Position numbers and translations under genes: made by a program
NCBI GenBank assembly: GCA_001949185.1
Contig: BDGG01000002.1
Coordinates: forward strand, 4,454,448-4,518,447
DNA: 64,000 nt
Origin: Ramazzottius varieornatus
Lineage: Eukaryota > Animalia > Tardigrada
Direction: 5' to 3'
Shown here: piece after piece, positions 27,472 through 39,166 of the stretch
Layout: each line of letters opens with the position of its first letter
How positions within the stretch are numbered: the first letter of the stretch is position 1
The notes under the pieces: generated by a model
What the model was told of the DNA's origin: nothing
Database searches by the model: none
The model's input: only the letters and a program-made list of their open reading frames with translations

Positions 27472-27590
27472 CATATGGAACGTGGGCAGATGAATTGAAC
27501 CATATCATTCTTTTAAGTGGTGCAAGTCTGTGTTGTTACTAGCTGAGACCATGCGTCACTTGAAAAAACGATTCTGTCTGGTTCCATATG
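27472..27590. repeat. ~130 bp palindromic dispersed repeat, copy 6 (internal deletion)
   Basis: Perfect termini catatggaac / gttccatatg; inner aagtggtgca / tgcgtcactt. Confidence 0.75.
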
Positions 27591-29419
27591 TTCCGACCCG
27601 AAAAGCTGAACTTCTGCTGGCATTAATGGTTCTTGCAGCCATGTTGTTCTTATCATAAGGCAGCCGACTCTGGCCGGAGGACCAAGTAACCTCGAAAAAT
27701 GCCGTCGATCGCCTTTGATTAGTGGGAACTGCGGCAGTCAAAATTATCAGTATTCGGCGATTGTCACTCACCAGATGTACGGAAAAAAGACAACTGAATT
27801 GCACCTAATTACACACAAGAAAAAAGTCATCTGTCATGATTAGGAAATACTCCGTTGTCACTAACCAATTCCAGCTTCCTCATTGTTATTTTAATTATTA
27901 TGGCTACCGACGTGGCAGTGTCAAACATTTTCCCGATACGAGACTAATAAAGTCAACGACAAAGAAGATGGTATTGCTCAATATTTTTCCTACGTGAAAA
28001 GCAAAAGCGAAAATTGCACACCAACATGTACTGCGTGTACTGCGCCACTGTGACCGACTCAAGGGGTCCACAGCGGGTTCGCCAACTGGGTGCGCCGGGC
28101 CTATGAAGAATCAAGGCTTAGAAGTCATGAATTAATTTCTAGTTTTAGCATACATACAGTATATAAGGATCTCAAAAACTTACACCCGTACGTAGGCAGC
28201 TCGGGGACTTCATAGCCATTTGGCATTTATTAGCGGGTAATTGTGATGTATGTTTGTCCCACTAACAAGGTAACAAGCATTCTACAGTACACATTAATGG
28301 GAACGAGGACGTTGCTGGCGTTATTCGCTATAACGATCCCTTGTGGCCGAATGTTATCCAAATATGAGCTTAATGGGATTATAGCAGCTAATGGGCCTTA
28401 TTATCTCGGTTTCGATGTCAGTGTTGCGTGCCGCTAAAGAGGCCTAAGTTGTGCCGGTATCGAGGATATATACGCCAAACGTCAACGCTTCCATTTAGAG
28501 GGTATCCAATCGGCCGTATATGCTTTATCCTGGATCTGTATGGCTCTTGGGCAAAAGGAAATGAGATGGTCAATGATTAGTGCAATTGTGCTGACTTCAG
28601 GAAATGAGAATCAATGATCATTCTTTGTCACAAGGAAGGACTCTTAAATGGGATCGATGGTTGAAAGCACGGTCGGCATACGGCCCATACAAAAGAGGCG
28701 CAGTGTCTAATGTGTACGAGAGACTAATCTGCGCCATGAAAATTTGCAGCGGCCTTTTGATAATTTCACAGGGCGCCAAAATAATGAGCCGTATGCAATT
28801 TTCGAGAGATGGGCAAGATTTTCCCCCGATCCGCCTTTGGCTTCCTGTACGCCTTTCAGGAGAAAATGGACTGTTCCCTACATAAATGCCTTGTCAGCTG
28901 TTAATGACTTCTCCTCCTACTTCTCTGCATGTTGCTTCCACAAATCAACTTCGAATATGTCTGCCATGACATTCATTCCTAACCATCCAGCAAAAAGTAG
29001 ACAGTAGCTATGGTCTTTGTGCCATTGTGGCGGATGGGAGGACGCGGAAGTAAAAGAGAGTTCATCAATCTCGTTGGCCACAATGATGTCCTGCTCAAAT
29101 GCCCGTTACTACCACATGTTTATACGGGACAATAGGTGTCAATTTCCCCCACTAAACGATATGCAATTGTAAACTAATCAAGCGAAACTACAACCTGCGA
29201 CTTAACGGCGCTTGCGCTGACACTTTACATGCTTCATCGCCCATTGCTCGTGCAGACTGACGGCAGAAGCCACGGCTGTAACCCAGAATGGTTTCGGCTA
29301 TAACTTCAGGCATCGGATGGCTTTTAATACCACCGTGTTAAGTTTGCGGCAGTAAACTGGAAATCGAATACATCTAATCGACATAAACATGCCGGCTGAG
29401 ATCGACGTGCGGCGACTGA

Positions 29420-29548
29420 TATGGGCGTCGGCAAGTGATCTGAACAAGGTCGTCATCCCAGGTGGCGCACTTTTCCAGTGTAATTGGCTGGAAATGTGCG
29501 CCACTTGGGGAAACGATCGTGTTCAAGTCCTTTGCCGACGTCTCACAT
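29420..29548. repeat. ~130 bp palindromic dispersed repeat, copy 7
   Basis: tatgggcgtcggcaa...cccaggtggcgcac...gtgcgccacttgggg...ttgccgacgtctcacat. Confidence 0.85.
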
Positions 29549-32066
29549 GGCGCGCAACGGTGCGGCCAAAAGAAGCCCCATGACTGGCGTCTCCGGTTGC
29601 TAAAGGACATGGGCAGGGAGCATGATGTCGGTTCTTAATTAATCTGCAGTATTGCTCGATCAACCTTAATCGTGTATCCACTTATTTGCGGAAGTGGGCC
29701 TATATTGACTGACGGTAGTAGATCCCCTTGACAGGCTTCCGTTTTGATACGCCCAAGCCCCTCAAGTGCCATATTCAATTCAAAAAAGACATTATGTTCG
29801 ATTTGCGAGCAATTGTCATATTTAAATGTTTATAGACGGCTAAAACATGCACCGACAAACGCAATAGGGCCATTGCATGACAAAATTCACTGAAGCCCAC
29901 CGGTGAACGGGCAGCGACCACGCAATGAGATCGTTGCAAGTCCCATTAGCGCTCCACCTTGACACATTACCGGAGCATCAAGGTCTGATTGCTTTTTAAC
30001 GAGCTAATGATGCTTCGAAATGAACAACACGATCCAGGAGGACTGTATTAGGAGTAACTGTATAATTATCTATAATTACAGTATGAAGAAAATTAAACTC
30101 GCCGGACCCGGAAGTTTTTGCATCACATGTGCGAGGTAGCCGGCATGGAAATATCCACGTAGAATTACTTGAAATGGTTGATTGCTTAATCATAGTACGT
30201 TCAAAAGGCTCTTTATCTTTGCGTCCGACCCACCTTTCTTCCAAGGCAGATTTTTCATCGGTTTTGCTACTCTGAGCTTCTGATTTGGTTTAGAAGAATG
30301 AAGAAAGGTTTTCTCAAATCAGGAACCAAAGAGAAGGTAGTGCAAGGCAGTATGTGCCGAGATCGGGCCTGGATATCCCCATACCGGAGAAACTCGCTGG
30401 ATACCTCGTACAGTACAGTATATTCACTTGAGTAGGGTTTTCTTTCAGGGTAATTTTGTCTATTAGCGAAAAGCGTGAGCATGTGCGACAATGAGACGGT
30501 AATTCGAGAACGGCAGGGAACATTTAGAAATTTTATGCGGTGGATCAAACGTCCCGGCATGTGGAAGTGGCGCGCCATAGCCAGTCAGCCGCCAAAGTAG
30601 GGAGATGGCCGAGATGACCTTCTTTGACGCCATATATATGGAGATTGCCATCGAGCTCAGCTGAATTCATATACAACCACGATGATATGAAACTTACTAT
30701 CAGCATTATCTATCACTTAAAAGCACATGTAGATATTGTCCGAGTGGACATATCATCCCGCTATTTAGCTTGTAGGCTGCAGGCTTTGACTGCAGTTCAA
30801 CATTCATTCAACAAAATCAGATGAAGCGGTCTCAAGAATTACTTGAGATCTGAGTTAGAAAGAACGGAGACCCTCATGAAAACTCGATTTCGGTCAAGAG
30901 GAACCAGTACTTCGGTTCTCCAAACGTCGGCCTGAGTTCCGGTCAAAGCTCCGCTAGATAATGAACTGTGGTTTGGGACTACGTTTTGGAAGGAGTGGCA
31001 TGGATGGGAACTACGCGAACGGAATTCAGCCGTAATGGCCAAATTTTATGGCGTCTAGAGCAGATGAGTATCTTTTCACATCGAGCTGGCATGTGATAGC
31101 TGGGAGGAGGACAACCACAACAGGCTGCAAATGATCAGCCGGAATTCCGTAGGATGATGGATAACGCTTATGGTGACAAAAATTAGGATCACCGCTTCAT
31201 AACAATGGGTTTAAGTGGAGAAATTAGCTTGAAGTCTATCATTAAGTTTATAAGGAGGAAGGCAAGCAGAAAGGATCCAGTGAATATAATCCCGAAGTGA
31301 GCTGCTTCACCCACGTGGCGCGCTTTATTCGCTTTTCATTGAGTTGACCAAATTCACACCGTGTCAGATCATTGTTCGCTGCAGTTGGGAAAACTCATCC
31401 CTGTTGAATCAATGCAAGCTGCAAGTGTCCCTCCTTCCTTCTTCCAATTGTAACATGGACCAAATTCATTTGCAGCAGGGGGTTACAGATGGCAAAGCAT
31501 GATATGGCAACTGCGTGCTGCGTCAAGCGCGAAAAATGATGATTAAGGGCGAACGGCCGTGGAGCGATCGTTTGGCTGTTTCCAGTTGAAAGGTTTACTG
31601 CGGCGGTTCCGTGGAAGACGTATGAGTGGAGCGGCGGCTGCATTGATTTCACGAGTTCGCTAATAAATCTCATCTCATAAAAGTGTCAAGCTGAATGTTA
31701 CATATTTTTTACATTCAGAATATTTCCCCAGTCGAAATCACCCGAGCATGTGGTGCGGCGTATGCAATGAGCGCGCTAATTTGATTTGACACGCTGCAAA
31801 TTCTAAGCATAACCCTATGTACATCAGCAGCCAAAATATATCAACTCTAGAGTCAGCGACGCTAAGTGAATTTTAAAGTCTCGTAAATACGACACAATCG
31901 AGTGCAGTGCACGTAATCAGCCTTTAGACCCCAACTGAGACCAGACCGTCAAACGGCCAGCCGGCTCAAAGTTGTAAAATTAAGATGATGGATTATGCAG
32001 AAGCAAACCAATTACATAAATCACCAGTTGCACTCTTAGTCACAAAGGTCAACCAGATGGAGAGAC

Positions 32067-33285
32067 TCATCGTGGAAACATCATGGGATGTTGGATGAAG
32101 GGGAACAGGCCGAAGCCTGTAGGAACAAAGCCAGAAGCGGTGGAAGAAGCGCTCACCGGGACTTGCGGCATGGAGGATGGAAGGGCGGGCATATTGCCGC
32201 CGGAAGGATAAAACGAGGAAATTCCAAAACCACTCTGAAAGGAGAAACCCGGAGGAAAAAAAGGCTTGGCCGCTTGCATCTTCATCTTTTCGATCTCGGC
32301 TTCTTGTAGCCGTTTGGCTTTGGCTCTTCGGTTCTATAAGGAAACAGAGTTGGTAAGCGGTAGTGGGAGAGTGGTGACACAGGTCGTACATAACGTCACA
32401 ATAGATAAAATTTGGGAAGCTTGAGCGCCTCTTAGGAAAACGATCTGGTTCAGATCGTTTTCCCAAGAGGCGCACACTTCCAGTTACAAATGATAATAGC
32501 GTGCGCCAGTTGGGCTGAAAATTTGGTTCGATTGGTTTGCCGACCTCCCATTCATCAAAATAGACTTTTTCAAAATAAACCGTTGCGAAAAAGATAATCA
32601 GATAATCAATATTCAATTATCACTTAGAAAATCCTAGAATAGAACCAGATCCTAGAACGAGAATTTTGTGGTTGGATTTTCTTACCTGGAACCATATCTT
32701 GACTTGGGTCTCGGTCAAGCTGAGTTGATTGGAAAATTCCGCCCGTTCCGCAATGGACAAGTATTGCTTCGTTCTAAATTTTCTCTCAAGGGCAAGAAGC
32801 TGTTGCGTGGTGAAGGGAGTTCGTGGCTTCCGGTTGGGCTTGTGCTTCCTAAGGGCACATTTTTGTGCACTAATTAGCCGTGGGTCACCAGCCTCTGCAA
32901 GCAAACACCAAATGAGAAAAATGTTGCCAAATTATTTTCATATTTTTGAACAATTAGAATTCGTCAAGCGCGGCGGCACACTTCAAAAGCGACGCTTACT
33001 TGGTGGGCCGAAAGAAGTCCGTATTGCGCTGGAATTAATCCAAGCATGAGACGGATAATCTTGTTCATGGTCGGCGTGCAGTGGACTGCTCATTCGACTG
33101 TTAGTGCCCTCATCGTCCGACAGCGGAGGAGTCGAACTCGACAAGGCCGGACTGCTGCAGGAAGGTGACCTTTTGCCTTGGTCGGCTAATATGGCGTCCA
33201 CGGAGAAGGAGAAAGCTTTGCGAGTTTTGACGTCCGCGACCGCTGGTCTTTGAGGCTCTGGCTGGGTTTGTTGTGACATCATCAT
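32067..33285 (-). CDS. Msx: Msx/Drop (msh) homeobox transcription factor, 3 exons (33285-33000, 32894-32686, 32333-32067)
   Basis: eh1 motif [65 protein letters not shown]|[19 protein letters not shown] is the diagnostic Msx homeodomain and flank. Confidence 0.97.
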
Positions 33286-34267
33286 CCGTGGGCACGTCAA
33301 AACAATTTTCTAGCAATAAACTCCAAAAATAACGTGACACGCACAAAGTGCCTGCGAAGCAGTATTGAAAAATGGTGGTTGCCTTTCAGCGAGACAGTAG
33401 CGGATAGCCAAAATGACAAAACGATTGATCGCTAATACGCTGTGCTTAGAGTTGAACCTTTGCCATGCATCAGCTCGCAGCTAGAAAACAGAAGGCCACA
33501 GACGAAAGCAGTATTGCCACTGTATACACAGTAAATTTGTTAATTTCGTGGCTCGTAAAACTGAGTGTCGTTCACGATCATCGCGAACTCGAAAGCTGCT
33601 GATCAAGCCGCAAAGACTTGTATAGGACATGGCTGGTTGATGGAGCTGGCGACCACGCCCTGCAGCCTTCCGTCGAGTTCGCCTCGCACCCAATAAGACG
33701 GGCGCAGTGCTGTCCGCCCTTTTCTTCGAGAGGAAGTGACTGAAGCAACGCTTGATACAGAGGGCATTGTTACTCATTGCCTGTAAATTAAGGATAATTA
33801 TTATTCTCATCAAATCCAAATTGTGTTAATTGACGCTGGAAGTAAACGATCTGTCACGAACAGGCTGATGCGCCGCCTCGTCGGGGCATGCCGGTTTGTA
33901 TCCTAATGGTGACCGAAAGCCGGGAAGCATCGAGGTGGAATTTGATATTGTTGTGAGACAAATGAAGTCAAAGGGGGACAAAAGACAGATTGATCGACAT
34001 GGCGCCACATCTTCCTGTATGGTTGACGCGATGGCTCCCTATTAACGTCATCTAAAGTTTAGGAGCAGTATCTCGTAATGGTCCGGAAAGTTTTAGACCG
34101 TGCCATCCTCGCTTCAGGTCGGTTTATATTCGTCGCGGTGGTTTCCACTTAGCATGTTGATAAGTAATCTTCCAGGGCAATAAAGCATTGCTCTCTTTGA
34201 AAAGATGGGCCTGATTGTGCCGACAGCCAGTTTGAATTTAGTCTGGCGAGAAGCTCCGGCTCTTTGA

Positions 34268-34400
34268 CATATGGGACGCCGGTCATCAACTTGAACATGA
34301 TTATTTTCCAAAATGGCGCACACTTTCAGCCAACAAGAATGGAAACGCGCGCCACTTGGGATGACAACCATGCTCAGTTCAGCTGCCGACGTCCCATATG
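34268..34400. repeat. ~130 bp palindromic dispersed repeat, copy 8 (~1 kb upstream of Msx)
   Basis: Perfect 11 bp termini catatgggacg / cgtcccatatg; inner tggcgcac / gcgcgccacttggg. Confidence 0.85.
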
Positions 34401-35907
34401 CCGACGCTATCATGCGCAGACAGGGCAGAGAAAAGATCCATTGCGCCAAGGACAAGCCATAATTGATTGTTATTCTTATGAAAGGATGACGGCAAATGAG
34501 AAAGCAAAGTGGCCGGTCAAAACATCTACTTGACTTGGACTGGCCCGATTGCGCGAGGGCACATTTCGATCAATGTCTAATCACATTATCCAAATTATCT
34601 TCATTGTCTAACAATTTAACCCACAACGTCACTCCCCACGGGGCGGATTACCATTCAGCGGGTTTCTTCTTTGGCCATCATGCCGCTGCGACGGATCAAG
34701 TTGTGCCGCGCAGACGCACTTCCTCTTTGGCGTATGACCAACACAATGAGCGTTTTATCTGGCAAATACCTGTAGTTTGAAAAACTATCTACCTTCGGTA
34801 TAGGTTTAGGAGTGGAAATAATCTTCGGAAGGTTTATCGGTTCGAACCGGTCCAAACCGGAGCACCTCCTTGTTGTTCGCGAACTTCTACCTCTCGACTC
34901 TTTTAACAAGATCTGAGCCAGGTAGCTACATTTATCTTGGAATAAACTACGTAACTCGGAAGTGACCACACATCGTAAGGGTTTCTCGGTATAAGAAAAG
35001 ACTTGGGGACAGGTAAAACGATACTGATGAAGAGTTGCGAAGACCCAGCTTTTACTCTTGAACAGACATGCATTTGCTCAAATGCGCATTTCGAACTACA
35101 ATTTTCCAGATAAAAAATTTTGGAGCAACCGTCCTGGCATTTAATCGAACACTGTCGCGTAGTTAAATGACTACTGAATCTGTTGGTATTAGAAAGAAAG
35201 TAAGAGTATCCGCAGCTTACTGTATACTGAATTTAATAGGAGGACGGTACCGCGAGAATTGAAAGAGTGCAGAGAGGCGATGTTTTCGAAGACAAGCTTG
35301 CAAGTGGTTTCCCTTTTATAACTTGACGCCTGAGTGTCCTAATTTTTTTATTCTTTCACATGTGGATACCCAAAGGTATTTTGTGGTGTGTCTTCTGCAT
35401 AGTTTTACCGTAAGTACAACTATATGAATCGATATCCGACAAAATGCGCGAAAACTGGTGCGGGTGAAAGTTCCTTTAAGCGAACCTGCCTGCTCTGTTC
35501 CTGGACTCACTGTCCGCTTCCCCAAATCACTTAGTTGAGGCACATGAGTGCCATGGCTTGTCCTCCTGCTAGAACGGCTTTGTTTGAACATCCATGATGT
35601 GCAAGAGCTCTTTCGGAAGGAACGAACACCAGTCTGCTTCTGTGGGTCTGTACTCTGACGGCCTGAGCATAAACAAGCGGTACGCCGGCGCCGCCTGGTT
35701 GTCGATTTGCGTGCCGTCGGTCCAGTGAATTATGGTGTCAGAAGGTGCTGGATTCGACTGAGGAAAATCGGTTCCCTCGGTGGTTAGGGCTATTAGAAGC
35801 GAGCTGCCACCTGATACGGAATGGTTCAGGACCAGCTTGATGCCTACGTACGTATATGGAGTTCAACAGTATGAGCAGCCTGTATAAAACCTCTGAAGTT
35901 TTGCATA

Positions 35908-37719
35908 CGGTCTTTCAGTATGAGATTTCAGTTTTTCCAGCGTTGAGCTTCAAATCTCTTTTCGAAATTGACTTTTGAAGTTCGGCTGATGTAAAACTTC
36001 AGTGACGAGTTCTTCTCGGTTTTTTACTAACAGGATCCACTTGAAACGTTGAAAACGGGACGTATTATGTATAGGAAGAATTTTAGATTAACAGCGATGC
36101 CAGACAGAAGCATTTTACGATTTTTTTCCGCACGGTCAGCTGCACTATCACACCGGCAACAGGGTCATTTCGTAGGAGTGCCGTTTTGCTATCAGTACCA
36201 GAAAAGAAAGCAAGAACATAAGCCTTCGGGATTTTACAAAAGAAGTTGTCGAAAATGAGGTGGTAAACTGCCGAGAACAACGTGCGCCAACTTAGTGAGG
36301 TGATGACTTTTTCCCATTCCATCGAACGTATAGTTGATTAATTCAAACAACAATCGACACTTTGTATCAGTGTGCCAGGGTGTCTTCGACCACCGTGGCA
36401 CGTTTTTGGAACTCTGCTCTGCCCGGGCCGGGGGAAGAAGACAATTCTCCGAACAGGACATGCTCCGTCAAAATTGAAACGGCAATCGAAAAGCTTCTTG
36501 TCGTTGTTCTCTTCGTACGCTTCCACATCCAGCTCAGAATTCAATAAGGTCTTTCAGTATGAAATTACCGTTTTCAGAACGCTTATTTCAAACAATTCTT
36601 TCTCTGGTCAGAAGCAATATTTCGATCCCCTCTTTTCTACTTAGCATAGCGTATGGTGTCGTCTTTCGTGTAAGCATAAAGAAGCTTCACTCCAGGCTCA
36701 CGATAAACCGCTGGAGCTGTTTGTGTCTGTGGCGTAATTCTGAAAGTTTTGACGTCCTTGTTGCAACCCCAGTGTCGCCACCAGCGCTTCTGAAGTTATA
36801 CGCTTGACGTGGAAACGTACAACAACAAGAAGGCCATCGATTACCCACTTCAGTTTTAACAAAGCATGCCCTGTTCGGAAAACTTCCAGGTGAGAGGAGA
36901 AAGCTCAAAACTCTCATCTTTCTCGATTAAAATTTCCTTCTTCCCCCGGCCCGGACAGAGCAGATTTTCTAAAACTTCACCCAGTGATCGAAGACACCCT
37001 GACACACTGACAGATAGTGTCATTGCTTGAATTGATCAACGCTACGACCGAAGAGATGGGAAAAAGTCATCACCCCAGTAAACTGGCGCACTTTGTTCTC
37101 GGCAATTTACCACCTGCTTTTCAAGATTTTCTCCTTTTGTAAAATTCCGAAGGATTATGTTCTTGCTTTCTTTTCCGGTGCCGATACCCTGAGTGAACCA
37201 CTACAAAATAACCCTGTTGCCGGTGTGATGGTGCAGCTGACGGTGCGGCAAAAAAATCGTAAAATGGTCCTGGTTAGTGCATTGTTATTGTTCTAAAATT
37301 TTTCCTACGTCGCATTTTCCCCGTTTTGAGTGGACCTTGTTTGCAAAAAAAACGAGAAAACCTAGTCACTGTAGCTGGATATCAGCCAAACTCCAAAAGT
37401 GGTGTTACGACTTCGAAACGCGAGTTTGAATTCCGACCCTAAAGAACGGCAATTTCATACTGAAAGACCATATAGAAGCGCTGTTGGCCACAGAAGAACT
37501 TTTCTAACAGGGACGTCAAAATTTTTAAAATTACGCCGCAAACCCAAACAGCTCCAGCAATTTATCGAGAGGCTCGAGTGGAGCTTCCTTATGCTCCAAC
37601 GAAAGACGACACCATGCTGAGTAAAAACGAGAGTATCGACATATTGCTTCCAACCAAAGACAGAATTGTTCAAACTAAGCGTTCGGAAAACGGCGAATTA
37701 ATTTCAGACTGAAAGACCT
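35908..37719. mobile_element. ~886 bp non-autonomous DNA transposon (TA flanks, TIR NGGTCTTTCAGT), interrupted by a nested relative
   Basis: TA|cggtctttcagtatgagattt at 35908 and ctgaaagacct|TA at 37719. Its two halves (35908-36546, 37473-37719) align end to end with the reverse complement of 36547-37470. Confidence 0.85.
36547..37470. mobile_element. 924 bp copy of the same family inserted in the opposite orientation
   Basis: TA|aggtctttcagtatgaaatt ... aatttcatactgaaagacca|TA; 19 bp perfect TIR core. Confidence 0.85.
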
Positions 37720-38009
37720 TATACATTGTAGTTAGTACACCATGAAAGGTTACTCGTCAACCTCGCTTCGCTGTTACTTTCTTCCGCATGACGCAGGCAC
37801 GAAGGACCAAGTGGGAGGGGGAGAGGGTCTGGCAAGTGGACTAAGAGGCAGGTTGGTAGTCATCTCAATCGTCCTCCCACGGGTCTCAGACCGTGTTCTG
37901 AAGTTGGATGCGGCTGGGCGGCGAACTCAGCGCTCGCCGACGAGAAGTCCATGCATATTGCAGTTGTCCCTTCTGTCTTTAGGACGGACCGTGAGAATAT
38001 CGCAAGTTA

Positions 38010-38530
38010 TTTATTTGGAAGCTTTACTGCCACAGCAAGTAGAAAAATGAAGTTTCGAATTTGACAAAAGGTAGAGAAGAGGACAGAAAACTAGAAAAGT
38101 GTGCACACCTATTGCCTGATACATTACAGATAAAAAATGCTTCATGTACGCTGTCACAGCAAGCAGTTATTGCTATATAAAATACCTTCTCGATAACAAC
38201 AGCCAACCCTAGCCAGCTACCGCAGGCAAAGTGGTTAGAAAACGTAGAAGAGCTCTTGACAATAGTATAAAACTAGACAGTGACACTTCTCAGATGATCG
38301 GGAGACTCTATAGTAGGAGGAAGAAGGCCGAGGTGCGCCACTCGCTCGTGGAGTAAAAATATGCTGTATAGGGCGTGTGTTGAATCGTGGAGGTTCGTGG
38401 AGGGTTCCCCAACGCGGACCATTGTCATGACTAGATGCTCTCCTCGTTGTTCGGATTACAATATGCTGAAAACAACTTAACACGGAAGACATGGAACCAA
38501 GGGAACTCAAAGGTACAGACGGAAATAAAA
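38010..38530 (-). promoter_or_regulatory. Putative CPEB 3' UTR end: AATAAA plus four CPE-like TTTTAT elements
   Basis: On the minus strand, AATAAA at 38010-38015 and TTTTAT at 38130-35, 38177-82, 38267-72 and 38525-30, within a T-rich tract downstream of the CPEB stop. Confidence 0.45.
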
Positions 38531-39166
38531 TCTTTATAAGGAAGAGCAACCAAAAAACAAAAATATATTCATCACTCTGTAAAATGTCTATCAAAAGATT
38601 CACACTGAAAAAGTATCAACGTTGCCAGAACTAAAAAACTGAACAAGAAAGCAAAAAATGGCAGGCAAACAAAATAGAAATTTTTGACAGAAAAAATGCT
38701 GGTGGATTGATATACGTCTTGTAAACACATTGGCAATCAGGATAGAAAAGAACCGGTATATGAAAAAGGCCAATACCAAAAAAGAAGTTCTCTGTAGAAA
38801 AGAAGTGTTCTGAAGGAGGTAAAATGAGATGAGGGGCTCCTCCGTCCACGATTAGGGGAGCTCCAAGGGCGATGAGTAGTCCATATGATTAAGACTGGAA
38901 CCGGTTAAAAGTGGTATAAAGGGAATGCCATCAAAACCACACAGCGAGAAGTAATTGCGGGAACGGTCGAGCTTGGTAGAAGGGTAGCAGCGGGGCAAAG
39001 CCGGAGGTTTCTTGAAGAGGACACGCGCACAATACAGCAGAAAAAGGCTTTGGCAGAGAATTAAAGATTCAGCACGATTCCGGAAGAGAAGTTATTGCAG
39101 AAGAAGACACGAAGATTTCAGCGGGGCTCCATCGGTCCGTAATTCACACTACAGAGGGCGCTTTTC

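Noticed and set aside
34839-34860. GGTTCGAACC resembling a tRNA T-loop/B-box
   Set aside because: No cloverleaf or A-box in the surrounding sequence.
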